A stretch of DNA of 62,688 nt from a virus (taxonomy: Duplodnaviria > Caudoviricetes): IMG/VR virus record IMGVR_UViG_3300043783_000058, positions 1 to 62,688 of that record; one strand, given 5' to 3'. Under the pieces are notes generated by a model. It saw only the letters and a program-made list of their open reading frames with translations, was not told the DNA's origin and did not search any database. Made by a program: the position numbers and the translations under genes. Below, piece after piece: positions 19,185-28,755 of this stretch (the first letter of the stretch is position 1; every line of letters begins with the position of its first letter).

Positions 19185-19843
19185 TTGCGTGGTTTCCAAA
19201 ATTGGCAATCGGTTACGACACAGCCCTTGCAGAAGTAGTTTTCGCGCGGCGGGAAGTCCTGCTTCTCATGAGCCGCCTGATAGTTTGCCACTCGCTTAAG
19301 GATAGGTCCCCACACGGCAGACACATCGGCCCGCTTAATCCTGTCACCTGCTTGAACCTTCCGCGCTTTCGTCCAGTAGTACGCCGGCGTGACAACGTCG
19401 ATCTCCGGTGCGAGGTGCAACAGCACCGCCGCGTTGAGGTTCAGCTGCGTGAAGTCATCATGCGGCCGACCGGTCTTCCAGTCCCACACGACGCCGTAGC
19501 TGCCGTTGTACTGGGTGAGGTCGGACTTTACTCTAAGCCACGCGTCTTTGGAATACCATTCAACAGGCTGCCAGTTCACATCCAAACATATCTGTTGCTC
19601 GACGAGCTTCTGGCCCGCCGACTTCTCAATCATGGCCAGGGCGCCTTCATGGACGCGCAGGTGGATCGGCAGCGTTACCCGGTCGCGGAGCCGCAGCTCG
19701 AACGCCTTGTGGGTGGTCTTCCCCTCGATCATGGCATCCGACTCGGGCTCCTTGAGGTCCTTCTTGACGTTCAGGTGCCAGAATTTCCGCGGGCACGTCT
19801 CGAAGCCGTCCAGGCGGCTGTAGCTCCAGGCGACAGGCTTCAT
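19181..19843 (-). CDS. Cas4/RecB-like PD-(D/E)XK exonuclease with four Cys (possible Fe-S staple)
   Basis: WSYSRL..FETCP, GKTTH, KSD..WDWKTG, QL, C-terminal CKGC..DC. Confidence 0.85.
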   Translation of the reverse strand: MKPVAWSYSRLDGFETCPRKFWHLNVKKDLKEPESDAMIEGKTTHKAFELRLRDRVTLPIHLRVHEGALAMIEKSAGQKLVEQQICLDVNWQPVEWYSKDAWLRVKSDLTQYNGSYGVVWDWKTGRPHDDFTQLNLNAAVLLHLAPEIDVVTPAYYWTKARKVQAGDRIKRADVSAVWGPILKRVANYQAAHEKQDFPPRENYFCKGCVVTDCQFWKPRK

Positions 19844-20283
19844 ATCATCTCCATCAAGGAGAGTTGCGCCCGGATATTTTCCAACTCCTCGCCGCTCAGG
19901 CTGCGAGGCTCGTAGGCGTAGAGGCGCACGGGGAAGTTGTTGTCGTTCTTCCAGCTCTGCCGCGGCGACTTGCGCCAGCCCTTGGGCAGCTTCAGGTCGC
20001 CCCACAGCTTCATGTTGAGCCGCGCCTTCACCTGGATGTCCACGATGATGCGCAGTTCGACCCGTTTGCCGTTCTTGTATGGCATCCGCTGCATTCGCGG
20101 CAGCTCACGCTTGGTCCCCTGCGGGACGATGATCCCTCCGCGGACGTGGTACCCGTTCGGCACATCGACATACTCCCAGTCGATCTTGCGCACCACCTCG
20201 GCTGGCTTCGGCGCGCACGTCATCACGCTCTGGAACGGCACGGGCGCTGCGGGCTGCAGCACCAGCTTGTAAGGGTTTTTCAA
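19840..20283 (-). CDS. Hypothetical protein (147 aa)
   Basis: TTG start overlapping the upstream TGA; stop overlaps the next ATG. Confidence 0.6.
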   Translation of the reverse strand: MKNPYKLVLQPAAPVPFQSVMTCAPKPAEVVRKIDWEYVDVPNGYHVRGGIIVPQGTKRELPRMQRMPYKNGKRVELRIIVDIQVKARLNMKLWGDLKLPKGWRKSPRQSWKNDNNFPVRLYAYEPRSLSGEELENIRAQLSLMEMI

Positions 20284-20585
20284 GCAATCTTCCTTTTGTA
20301 TGCAAACGCAACTGCCTGCCTGCGCCTGCTGCCACCCTCGTTCGAGCGGCGTTCGAACTCTGTCAGAATCAAGTCCGCCTTGATGTTCAGCACATCGCAG
20401 ATCCACTGCAGCGAGCCGATGTAGTCAGCTCGCTCGCGCAACCAGATGCGGGCTCGGCGGCGTTCCACTTTACCCTCGCTGGTTGTTGGGTCAATCGTCG
20501 CATCGTCAATGGCCTGCCGCAGCACCGCCATCCACAGATGGCCGTATGCGTCGAGTACCGGCGACAGGTCAAAGTGATTCAGCAT
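20280..20585 (-). CDS. Conserved helical phage protein (possible transcription regulator)
   Basis: LWMAVLRQAIDD..ARIWL..SLQWICDVL pattern; coupled to its neighbours. Confidence 0.65.
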   Translation of the reverse strand: MLNHFDLSPVLDAYGHLWMAVLRQAIDDATIDPTTSEGKVERRRARIWLRERADYIGSLQWICDVLNIKADLILTEFERRSNEGGSRRRQAVAFAYKRKIA

Positions 20586-20803
20586 TGCCGCAGGTGGCCG
20601 CCTGGTGCGTCGTAGATGCCATTGGGGCAGACTGGCGCGTCGAGGTCCGGAGCCAGTGCCTGCTGGTCCCAGCGCTGCGAGCCAAACCTCCAGCCGTCCG
20701 GCTGCGCCGGCTGCGGCGCGACGTGGAACGCGAGGCCCGCGCACACGGTCATAAAGATACCGATGAAGACTCCGATAAGGAATGCTCGCTGCGCTTGTGT
20801 CAC
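20579..20803 (-). CDS. Small membrane-anchored protein (74 aa)
   Basis: GTG overlapping the polymerase stop; AFLIGVFIGIFMTVCAGLAF transmembrane helix. Confidence 0.55.
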   Translation of the reverse strand: MTQAQRAFLIGVFIGIFMTVCAGLAFHVAPQPAQPDGWRFGSQRWDQQALAPDLDAPVCPNGIYDAPGGHLRQC

Positions 20804-22665
20804 TTTGCGTCTCCGTATGTGGGACCGTGTTTTACTTCTACGGCGATGGGGAGGTCGGGTAGGAAGTCTACCTGTCTCGTCATGACCGCGGCAACTACTG
20901 CTTTCACTCGCTCGACGATGGCCGTCGGGACCACCCAAACCAGCTCGTCGTGCACCTGGAGCGCCGTTGGCAGCCCCGCTCGGGCCAGCGTGAGCTCTGC
21001 GCGCGAGGCGATGATGCGGGCTATGGCCTGCGCGATATTCTCCAGAAACATTCCGCCCCAAATATTTCTGTCGGCGTTCTTGATGAACCGACTGTCGAAC
21101 GTCAGCGTCCGCCCCGTTGCTTTAAGGTTGGGGTAGATGACTGGCATCCCGTTGGGGAGGATGATCCTTTCGTGCGCGAACGAGATACCACCCCACGGGG
21201 ACGGCCAGATACTTCCTCGGTTGAGCATGTGGCAGCGGGCTGCGTGTTCAAGCGCGCCCCAGAGCTGCGGGATTTTCGGGTACGTGTTCCGGTAGAGCTG
21301 GACGATGTCGACGGCTTGTCGTTGGGTGAGGAAAATATCTTCGTTTGCAACTCGGAGTGCGAACTTAGCGCCCCCCATGCCATATCCCAGCCCAAGAATA
21401 CAGGTCTTGCCAACAAAGCGTTCTTGGGACTTTTTGTCGGTGACTGGCCGCTGGTAGATCTTGGAAGCGAATTCCGCATATATGTCGCGCCCTGCAGCGA
21501 ACCCGTCACGAAGTAGTGTTTCCCCAGCCAACGTGGCAACGATGCGAGCTTCGATGTTGGAGAAGTCGGCGGCGACAACTGAGTACCCGGTGGGAGCCTG
21601 GACAGCATAGCGGAGATGACCCTTTCGAAGTCCTCCGCCTTTATCGAACTCGACTCGTGGAAGGTTTTGGAGGTTGATCTCGTCGTCGCCCGAAAGACGG
21701 CCTGGGTGGGCTCCGTAGTACACCAGTGGCACGGGCAGCTCACCGCCCTTGAGATCACTGAGGGTGATGAGGCGCTTGACCCGGCCTTCTTCGAGGGTGC
21801 TGGATAGAGCGAGCTTAGCCTGGACAAGCTGCCGGACCCGTACATCGTCATGAGTAAGGAGTTCTTTGAACGCGAGATCGTCTTTGGCGAAGGCATAGGT
21901 TGCGGTGCCCTTTTTGTTGAGCTTCTTCGGCGCCTCAACGCCGTGGTTGCTCAACAGCTTTGCGAATTTCGGTCTGGATCGGATGTCGGTGATGGTGCAC
22001 TTGAAGTCGCGCTCCAACTGGCCGACCAGATGCTCTTTCTTGACTTCTATGTCAAGAAGCCGGTTTACCAGCGCCTTGCGGTTCAGCCTGAGCCTCGGAC
22101 GGACGAACTTCTTGATGGTTAAATCAAGAATCTCCTGCTCCTCCCACGGGAGGATGGTCTTCAGGTGATCGGCGATGCGCCGGCACAGCGTGCTGTCGCC
22201 GATGCAGTAAGCCCCGTACGCGGCCAGCTGCTCGGGTGAAAAATCCTCGCGGCGCAGCCCCCTGGCTTTGACCGCCTCGTCGCCCTTCACGCCCACCTTG
22301 AGGTGCCGCGCGACGGCGTCGAGAGATGCGCTCTTGGTGTACGGCACCAGGTGCGGACGCGCGCCGACCATTGTGCAGAGATACATCGCGGGTTGGATCT
22401 GCAGGCGCCACTCCAACACCGCAGCTTCCAGTCGCGCGTTGTGGGCCACTACCCGGACGGCCGACCAATCTGGGACGAGCCGGAGTAACTCGCTGCGGAC
22501 GTGGTTGGCGTCCCCAGTGATCCAGTGGTCAGCGCCGTCCGGGGTGGTAAGTCCACACCCAATGATCTCGAACCTCGGATCTAACACATACTCGCTCGTC
22601 GTGAGACGGTCGAGGCTGTATTGCTGGTCGTAGTACAGCTCGAAGTCGAGAGGGATGTCGATCAA
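20800..22665 (-). CDS. polA: Family A DNA polymerase with 3'-5' exonuclease domain
   Basis: DFE/HNA exonuclease motifs, GRLSG..NLQNLP, motif A DFSNIEAR, motif B R..GKTCILGLGYG, motif C VHDEL. Confidence 0.93.
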   Translation of the reverse strand: MIDIPLDFELYYDQQYSLDRLTTSEYVLDPRFEIIGCGLTTPDGADHWITGDANHVRSELLRLVPDWSAVRVVAHNARLEAAVLEWRLQIQPAMYLCTMVGARPHLVPYTKSASLDAVARHLKVGVKGDEAVKARGLRREDFSPEQLAAYGAYCIGDSTLCRRIADHLKTILPWEEQEILDLTIKKFVRPRLRLNRKALVNRLLDIEVKKEHLVGQLERDFKCTITDIRSRPKFAKLLSNHGVEAPKKLNKKGTATYAFAKDDLAFKELLTHDDVRVRQLVQAKLALSSTLEEGRVKRLITLSDLKGGELPVPLVYYGAHPGRLSGDDEINLQNLPRVEFDKGGGLRKGHLRYAVQAPTGYSVVAADFSNIEARIVATLAGETLLRDGFAAGRDIYAEFASKIYQRPVTDKKSQERFVGKTCILGLGYGMGGAKFALRVANEDIFLTQRQAVDIVQLYRNTYPKIPQLWGALEHAARCHMLNRGSIWPSPWGGISFAHERIILPNGMPVIYPNLKATGRTLTFDSRFIKNADRNIWGGMFLENIAQAIARIIASRAELTLARAGLPTALQVHDELVWVVPTAIVERVKAVVAAVMTRQVDFLPDLPIAVEVKHGPTYGDAK

Positions 22666-23472
22666 TTAGTCGTTCGATCCGTTGTCGATGTCAGCACCTG
22701 ACTCTTTGGTGCCGAACTGAGCCCAGCTGAACTCCGAGTTGGAAGCGGAGACCTTGCCGAGCCCGGATACTAGATGGCCTTTCGCCAGCGCGTCAAGCAA
22801 TCGTTGCACCCTCGACTTGTCATACTCAGCCCACCCGTTGGGAAACGGGCTGCGGCGCTCCTGTTCGTTCAGCGCTGCCTGTTGTCTCGGCGTACAGTAT
22901 TGGACGATCTCCGGCACCATGCGCCTGACCTGTCCGACCGTGGCGGCCATCTCCAGGATATTTTTGATGGTCTCCTGCGCCTCCAGATGGGCAACGGAGG
23001 TCTGCCCGGCGGCGACGGCCCACTCAAAGAACTCCTTGGTCTTCTCCCCTCCAATCGCGTGCCGGATCTGGTCGGTGGTGATCCACCGGCGCTCATCCGG
23101 GCCGAACTTGTGCAGCGGCATGTGATGGGGTCCCTCCTGCCATGACGGCAGGTCCATAAACTCACCCTCGTCCCGCTCCTGCGGGTTGAGGTAGAACCTC
23201 ACACCCAGCTGGCCGCCGTGGAGCTGCAGATCAGGCACGACGAAGATCACCATGTGCTCGGTCGCTGAATGGCGGTAGTCCAGGTACTTGTACGCCGTCA
23301 GCAGCTCGTGCGCCTGCTTGATCTCATCCGGGAGGTCCCGGTGCCAGATCGACCGCATCTCGTCCGCGGTGAGCGGACAGCGGAGGAACTTGACCGTCTC
23401 ATTCAGCACGCTGTGCAGACGTGCCGTGAGTTCGGAGGTGGTTTGATAGTCAACTCGGTTTCTTATCGCCAT
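22666..23472 (-). CDS. Nucleotide-modification-associated domain 5 (Nmad5)-like protein
   Basis: C-terminal IL..AATVGQVRRMVPEIVQY pattern; AAGGAG RBS; adjacent to polA. Confidence 0.6.
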   Translation of the reverse strand: MAIRNRVDYQTTSELTARLHSVLNETVKFLRCPLTADEMRSIWHRDLPDEIKQAHELLTAYKYLDYRHSATEHMVIFVVPDLQLHGGQLGVRFYLNPQERDEGEFMDLPSWQEGPHHMPLHKFGPDERRWITTDQIRHAIGGEKTKEFFEWAVAAGQTSVAHLEAQETIKNILEMAATVGQVRRMVPEIVQYCTPRQQAALNEQERRSPFPNGWAEYDKSRVQRLLDALAKGHLVSGLGKVSASNSEFSWAQFGTKESGADIDNGSND

Positions 23473-23773
23473 GCTTCTCCTTTCGCAGTTTGTCGATTTG
23501 TTCGTACGCCCCCGGCTGCGGGTTGGGGTTGCTAAGCCCAACCAGAGCCGGGTTCTTCTCCAACGCCTTCGCGTAGAGCTTCTCCATGCACTCCTTGAGG
23601 TCCGCGTTGTAGTCCACGGCCATCACTTCCACGGCTGCGTCTGCCAACGCGGTCATGGACATGATGTGGCGGTGCATCCACTCGCGCCGCTTCTGCGCGA
23701 ATTTTCGCTTCGCCATCAGGTGTGAGGCGACGCCCCCCACGATTGCGATGATTCCAACTTGCAATGGGTCCAT
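23450..23773 (-). CDS. Hypothetical protein with N-terminal membrane anchor
   Basis: LQVGIIAIVGGVASHL helix; GAGGG upstream. Confidence 0.6.
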   Translation of the reverse strand: MDPLQVGIIAIVGGVASHLMAKRKFAQKRREWMHRHIMSMTALADAAVEVMAVDYNADLKECMEKLYAKALEKNPALVGLSNPNPQPGAYEQIDKLRKEKHGDKKPS

Positions 23774-24085
23774 CTACACCCTCTCAGGTTGAGTCAACAC
23801 GAATGTGATGTGGCCGTACTCGCGTTTGCCAGATGGCCACGTGCGCACGGCTATGTCACGCGATTTCTTGAACCAGCGCCGCGGCTTAGCAACCGGCAAC
23901 CACTTGGGCCACTCCGGTCGCGGCCCCCAGACTTGCTCGTTGCGGCCGATGACATCCAGCGCGCCGAACCCGTGGAAGCAGAACGCATCTCCGCAGTCGC
24001 CGCAACTGATGTTCACGGAACCGCCGCCTTCGGGGCCACTCCGGAACCTCTCTCCGTCGCATGTCGGACATTTGATGTTAGCCAT
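23774..24085 (-). CDS. Zn-ribbon protein (103 aa)
   Basis: CPTC..CGDC; GGAGAGAAGG upstream of ATG 24085. Confidence 0.6.
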   Translation of the reverse strand: MANIKCPTCDGERFRSGPEGGGSVNISCGDCGDAFCFHGFGALDVIGRNEQVWGPRPEWPKWLPVAKPRRWFKKSRDIAVRTWPSGKREYGHITFVLTQPERV

Positions 24086-25268
24086 CCTTCTCTCCCAGCG
24101 GCACATGCACGGTCGTGCCCCACGGCGCCTGGATGCCCGGTGTCGTGATGGCCCAGACGGTCGGGATGCCCCGATCCTCGCCGAACCCGGTGTACCCATC
24201 GGTGAACACCACCACGCTCTCAGCCGGGATGTGCCGGTCGTCGATGATGTCGAACACCTTGGTCATATCGGTGCCACCACCACCTCCGGCCTTCTGTCCC
24301 AGCTCCTTGAGCATGTTCACGTCGTCGATCTCGATCACGTCCCCGTGCAGGCCATCGTCCACGTACATGACGTGGATCATCTTGGGCTGGATCTCCTCCA
24401 GTATTCCCCCAAGCTCGCCGAGGAAGGTCTTCAGCTCCTCCTCTCCGATGGACCCCGACGTGTCGATCTCCACCGCGACCTCCGGTCCCTGCAGGCCAGA
24501 CCTACCGGGCATATACACGTGAGGAGCGACCGCCAGCTTGCGCCGGTTGGGTCGTGCCCAGGTGTACACGTCCTTGCCGCGTGTGTTGTTCATGACCGCT
24601 CGGCGCAAGTGCTCGCGCCAGTCGATCTTGGGCTTGCAGAACTCGTCGATGAATCGGTCGAGTCCTCCGCAACCCTTGCCCTGCATCTTGGCCAGCTCCT
24701 TCGCCTTCTGCAGTGCCGCTTGGGTCTCCGGCACGTTGGGAAGGTCGTTCGGGTCTGGTTCCTCGTGCTGATCCGGACCATCGGGCTTCTCGTCCTCGTC
24801 CTCCGGCAGCTTCAGATACACCTCGTCAACGATGTCGTCCGCAGTCACCTGCGAATTCTGCAGCGAGCCCAGCGGCAGCTTGAAGCCTTGGCCGGTCAGG
24901 TGCGCGTTGATGATGTAATCAGCCGCGTGGTTGAACTTCTTGTGCGAGAACTTCTCAAGGTCCGGGCCTACGCCCAGCTGGATATATCCCTGCGCACGCG
25001 CCATGTGCTGGAAAATGATGTGGTCGATCTCGTGGCACAGCATCCCGATTCGCTCGTCGATGGTGTACTTGGCGAAGTTCTCCGGATTGATCCAGATGTG
25101 CTTGCCATCGGTCGCAGCCAGGTTCAGCTGCGAGCCCGACGGCAAAGCCTTCGTCTCCACGACCTCAGTCAGATCCAGCAACAGTGACGCGAAGAAAGGG
25201 TGTCTAACCAGCAGCGCGCTTATCGCCTCCGTCAGAGCCGGGTGGCGTTTCCCGCTTTGCTGCGTCAT
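24078..25268 (-). CDS. Metallopeptidase-vWA protein (DUF2201 family)
   Basis: HPFFASLL..AATDG..HEIDH (HExxH)..NHAADYIIN; MIDAS DTSGS, GGGTD, FTDG. Confidence 0.88.
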   Translation of the reverse strand: MTQQSGKRHPALTEAISALLVRHPFFASLLLDLTEVVETKALPSGSQLNLAATDGKHIWINPENFAKYTIDERIGMLCHEIDHIIFQHMARAQGYIQLGVGPDLEKFSHKKFNHAADYIINAHLTGQGFKLPLGSLQNSQVTADDIVDEVYLKLPEDEDEKPDGPDQHEEPDPNDLPNVPETQAALQKAKELAKMQGKGCGGLDRFIDEFCKPKIDWREHLRRAVMNNTRGKDVYTWARPNRRKLAVAPHVYMPGRSGLQGPEVAVEIDTSGSIGEEELKTFLGELGGILEEIQPKMIHVMYVDDGLHGDVIEIDDVNMLKELGQKAGGGGGTDMTKVFDIIDDRHIPAESVVVFTDGYTGFGEDRGIPTVWAITTPGIQAPWGTTVHVPLGEKDG

Positions 25269-25530
25269 ATCGGCTTACTCTCCTCGCGATGATGTTGCCT
25301 TCGTTCACCAGCATGATCCGGCGGTCTGGAAAGACGCACCACCGGTACATGCGCCCCTGCGGGTCTTTGCCTGCCCCTGATTCGAGCGGGCAGACTATGA
25401 CACCGCGAACGCTGTACTCATGCTGTTGGTCGCGCACGCTCGGGCCGAACGATCCGGCCATTACGCACACGTCCTCGGGGATGGACGACACACGCCACGC
25501 TCCCCTGTGGTGCTGCAGGGGGAGCTTCAT
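25204..25530 (-). CDS. Hypothetical protein
   Basis: ATGA overlap with the upstream stop; overlaps the vWA gene start by 65 nt. Confidence 0.45.
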   Translation of the reverse strand: MKLPLQHHRGAWRVSSIPEDVCVMAGSFGPSVRDQQHEYSVRGVIVCPLESGAGKDPQGRMYRWCVFPDRRIMLVNEGNIIARRVSRYDAAKRETPPGSDGGDKRAAG

Positions 25531-26447
25531 AGCTCCCACACCGCAGCGATGGCGGCGTCGTGCGCGATGGCTTCTGCAGCCTGCGCCACCTCAGCCGCCT
25601 TGGCCGGGCTCGTCCTGATCGCCGCGATGGGAACTGCGAGCAGCTCCTTCTCGATGCGGTCAGCGAGCGCCGTCAGCTCGGGCTTTCCTGTCGCGTTCAT
25701 GGTCCGCAACATTCCGACCATCCCCTGCAGATTCGTGTTGAGCGAATCGTACAGCCTGGTCTTCTCGCCCGCACCGGCCTTACCCAGCTGGGTAGACATG
25801 CGTCCGATGCAAGTGAGCAGGCGCTCCTTCACGTCGGCCATTGCGTTCCCCATCTGAGACTCCAGTGCCTTCGCGTGACGCTGTCCCAGAGCCTCGATGA
25901 GCGCCGTGGGGACATTGAGCCGCGTGAAGTCGGATTGTGCTGGAACCGGGAGCAGATCGACGCGAACACCGAACATCGCGGCGACTTGATCAGCTCTCGG
26001 GTAATCGTCGATAGAAGCCAGCCCACCCAGATTGGTGATGGCCTGCTGCACGCGAGCGTCCCAGACGTTGACCAACGCCTGCACTGCCTCGTCATACGGC
26101 TTCTTGACTTGGTTGAGCCCGGACAGAAAGTCGATGGCGCCTACGGCCCCGATGAGGCGCGGACCGGCGTTGGTCGCACCTTCACCGCGGCCACACCACG
26201 GTACCGAATTCTGCCGGACGTACTGCCTGACTTGCTCGGCGGCCTTCTGGACTGTCGTCAGTTCAGAGTCCGCCGACGCAAACAGGTACTTCACGAACTT
26301 ACCGCTGTCGCGGGCTGCGCCCTTGGCTGCGATAACTTCGGACGACACTTCGCGATCCGTCACGCGCCCAGACCACGACCGAATGTCGAGGTCCACGAGC
26401 ATGTAGTTCGCTGCAAGAGCGTCGTTGAGCAGAGTTGTGTCTGCCAT
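25527..26447 (-). CDS. DUF3150-like helical protein of the AAA/vWA module
   Basis: LVDLDIRSWSG..K.LF..DYP pattern; TAATG coupling to the ATPase. Confidence 0.6.
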   Translation of the reverse strand: MADTTLLNDALAANYMLVDLDIRSWSGRVTDREVSSEVIAAKGAARDSGKFVKYLFASADSELTTVQKAAEQVRQYVRQNSVPWCGRGEGATNAGPRLIGAVGAIDFLSGLNQVKKPYDEAVQALVNVWDARVQQAITNLGGLASIDDYPRADQVAAMFGVRVDLLPVPAQSDFTRLNVPTALIEALGQRHAKALESQMGNAMADVKERLLTCIGRMSTQLGKAGAGEKTRLYDSLNTNLQGMVGMLRTMNATGKPELTALADRIEKELLAVPIAAIRTSPAKAAEVAQAAEAIAHDAAIAAVWEL

Positions 26448-27541
26448 TACCGTCCTGTGCTCGAAGTGATCAGGGCCTTGTTGCTGTGTATCCACTTGAT
26501 CAGCGCGGGCGAGTTGAGCAGCGCACTGCCGCTCCGCTCCAGCAACGACTTCGCCATGGACACCTGCACCTCGCGCGGGAGGCGCTCAGTGTATTGCCAC
26601 AGCGGGTCGATGTTGTCCGGCTTCGCGAAGTGAATGCACATCTGTCCGGCCGCCCATCCAGCCGACAGTTCCGTCGGGCACTTCGCCTTCTTGGGGTCGG
26701 CGAGGATCTCATCCAGCGTGGGCAGCTTGTCCCACACCTTCAGGTACCCGAACATGTTCGCGCCAGCACCCTCTCCGATGTCACCGTACACCGCCTGCTG
26801 GATTAGCGGGTCCGTGGGCAGCTCCATGTCTATGAGCCTGCCCTCAGCGTCGCGCTCCAAACCCACCTGCAGCTTGTTCGCCGCGCGCACGACAGATCGT
26901 GCAGACGCGAACGGGCGGCCAGTGTCTGGCACCTCGTCTACGAACGCCACAGTCGGATTCGACTTCGCCCAGCTGATGATCAGCGGATGAATGCCATGAG
27001 CCTCCGCCCACACGGCCCACGACAAGGCGTCGTTCTCCATGTTGATCTCGGTGACTCGGTTCTGGATGTGCGCGAGCATCTTGAATGCCCCCGACCTATC
27101 CTTCGCGCGATTGCTCGCCGCCCAGACTTGCCAGCCTTTGGGCAGCGTGAAGTCGCCGAACCGCTTCTCCAAGAGCACACCAGAGAGTGCCTTCTGCGTG
27201 AGGTGCTCAGCGGACGACAGCTCGTCCACCAAGTAGATCCCGCGCGGGTGCTTGGCGAAATACTCGTCACTGGGCAGCTCGGGCGACCGCGTGAACATGC
27301 TGATCGGCTGACCAGCGGCGTTCTTCGTGGGTACCAAGAAGCCCTTGTAGTCCGGTGCGTCCAGCGTTGGCGCAACGCTCACGAAGCTACCAAACTGCTC
27401 GCCGTAGTGCGCGCTCAGGATAGCCACGATCTCGTTACGGATCACGCTGGTCTTGCCCAGTCCGGGTGGACCGACCAAGTGCACCGCGTCCCCGGCCTCG
27501 TACAAGGTCCGTGAGACTTTCTGCAGATCTAGGATTCGCAT
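26447..27541 (-). CDS. MoxR-like AAA+ ATPase
   Basis: Walker A GPPGLGKT, Walker B LVDE, sensor-1 ASNR, Arg finger QNR, sensor-2 SARS; GGAGG RBS. Confidence 0.88.
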   Translation of the reverse strand: MRILDLQKVSRTLYEAGDAVHLVGPPGLGKTSVIRNEIVAILSAHYGEQFGSFVSVAPTLDAPDYKGFLVPTKNAAGQPISMFTRSPELPSDEYFAKHPRGIYLVDELSSAEHLTQKALSGVLLEKRFGDFTLPKGWQVWAASNRAKDRSGAFKMLAHIQNRVTEINMENDALSWAVWAEAHGIHPLIISWAKSNPTVAFVDEVPDTGRPFASARSVVRAANKLQVGLERDAEGRLIDMELPTDPLIQQAVYGDIGEGAGANMFGYLKVWDKLPTLDEILADPKKAKCPTELSAGWAAGQMCIHFAKPDNIDPLWQYTERLPREVQVSMAKSLLERSGSALLNSPALIKWIHSNKALITSSTGR

Positions 27542-27569
27542 CCTATTTACCTCCGTTGTTGAACATCAC

Positions 27570-27899
27570 TCAATCGGTACCGACGCGCTCCGGAGTTAAG
27601 AACGTCGCCCCAGCAGAAATCTGCTCGTGCTCATGGAGCCGAGTTACGAATTTGATCAGATCGAATCGCGTGTTGTCCTCTTTGAACAGACGCGCCAGCG
27701 CATCCACCACGCTCGCCCACTGTACATTCGCAGGGTCCTTGTTGTCGGTGGTGGTCGGTGGCTTGCAGTCCTTAAGGATGCGCGCAAACGCTTCGTAGTC
27801 GCGCTTGCTGTAGTGATTCACTTGGCCCGGATGACGCAGCGGCATCGACGGCACCGGCCGGCCTTGAGGATCTACCAGATCACCGTACGAATTGCGCAC
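27570..27899 (-). CDS. Early hypothetical protein
   Basis: SKRDYEAFARIL..LARLFKEDNTRFD..KF pattern seen in phage early proteins; GGAGG RBS. Confidence 0.6.
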   Translation of the reverse strand: MRNSYGDLVDPQGRPVPSMPLRHPGQVNHYSKRDYEAFARILKDCKPPTTTDNKDPANVQWASVVDALARLFKEDNTRFDLIKFVTRLHEHEQISAGATFLTPERVGTD

Positions 27900-27900
27900 A

Positions 27901-28158
27901 TCAGCCTCCTTCGATTATCTGTTTGCAGCGTGGACACAGGTGCTGGTAGCCGCGCATCTTGCCCGCAAAGGCGAACGCGCTGTAGTGCCGGATGGCTGAG
28001 TCGTAGCCATCACACCTGAATCCCTTGCGGGTGAGAAAGAAGCGGCCTCGGAACTTGAAGTGCATCCCATCTCCGCACGCGATCACGTCGATGTCCGGAC
28101 CCACTGCGGCCCGTGTCATCAGCAACCGAATGCTGAATGGCACTTCTTCGCGAGGCAC
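27901..28158 (-). CDS. Early hypothetical protein (Cys pairs)
   Basis: GAGGAG RBS; RCDG..LCPRC. Confidence 0.55.
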   Translation of the reverse strand: MPREEVPFSIRLLMTRAAVGPDIDVIACGDGMHFKFRGRFFLTRKGFRCDGYDSAIRHYSAFAFAGKMRGYQHLCPRCKQIIEGG

Positions 28159-28168
28159 TGGGATCTCC

Positions 28169-28429
28169 TCAGTTCATCACCGTGGACACATTTAAGCGCG
28201 TGAGGTACGCGCTCACTTCAGCTATGCGCTGGTCGAACGCTGCGTCCATGGCCCTGACGTGGATCAGCTGCTCGGGGCTGAGCCCCGGCGCGGGCTGCGC
28301 GGCGCGCATCGAGCGCAGCATATCCAAATAGTCTGCGAGCCAGTTGATCGGGACGATCTTGGCTACGTGAACTATTGCGTCGTTTCTGGCCATGCACACG
28401 AGCGTATCAAGGTGTGCCGGGGTACTCAA
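28169..28429 (-). CDS. Early hypothetical protein
   Basis: Co-oriented and tightly packed with its neighbours. Confidence 0.5.
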   Translation of the reverse strand: MSTPAHLDTLVCMARNDAIVHVAKIVPINWLADYLDMLRSMRAAQPAPGLSPEQLIHVRAMDAAFDQRIAEVSAYLTRLNVSTVMN

Positions 28430-28574
28430 GCCCCAGATTCCGATACAGCTCGCGGTTCATTTCTTCGAGGGTCTGTTCCATGTGGGCGAGACCGTCGAGC
28501 GGGTTCGCGGCTAGGAACTCGCGCTCATTTCTCTGATGCTCCTGCCACGCCTTGGTCCGGTGCAGCGGGAACAT
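28407..28574 (-). CDS. Early hypothetical protein (55 aa)
   Basis: Natural-looking helical sequence MFPLHRTKAWQEHQ...; overlaps its neighbours. Confidence 0.4.
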   Translation of the reverse strand: MFPLHRTKAWQEHQRNEREFLAANPLDGLAHMEQTLEEMNRELYRNLGLEYPGTP

Positions 28575-28755
28575 GATCACGTTGCTCACGTTTGTACTCC
28601 AAGGCGCGGGTGCGCCTGTCCATCCACTCGTCGTAATGCGCGCTGCACATTTGCAGCCAGCGCGTGGGATCGCTCGCACATCCACACTTGAGCACCTCGA
28701 CGCCGTCGCTATTGCGAGTACGAATGTGCGTGCTGCCATTCAAGAGATGAATCAC
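28525..28755 (-). CDS. Early hypothetical protein (Cys/His)
   Basis: GTGA overlap with the upstream stop; CGC..C..H. Confidence 0.45.
   Translation of the reverse strand: MIHLLNGSTHIRTRNSDGVEVLKCGCASDPTRWLQMCSAHYDEWMDRRTRALEYKREQRDHVPAAPDQGVAGASEK

Noticed and set aside
19181-19843. Cas4-like gene as part of a CRISPR-Cas system
   Set aside because: No repeat-spacer array or other cas genes; stand-alone Cas4-like nucleases are common in phage replication modules.
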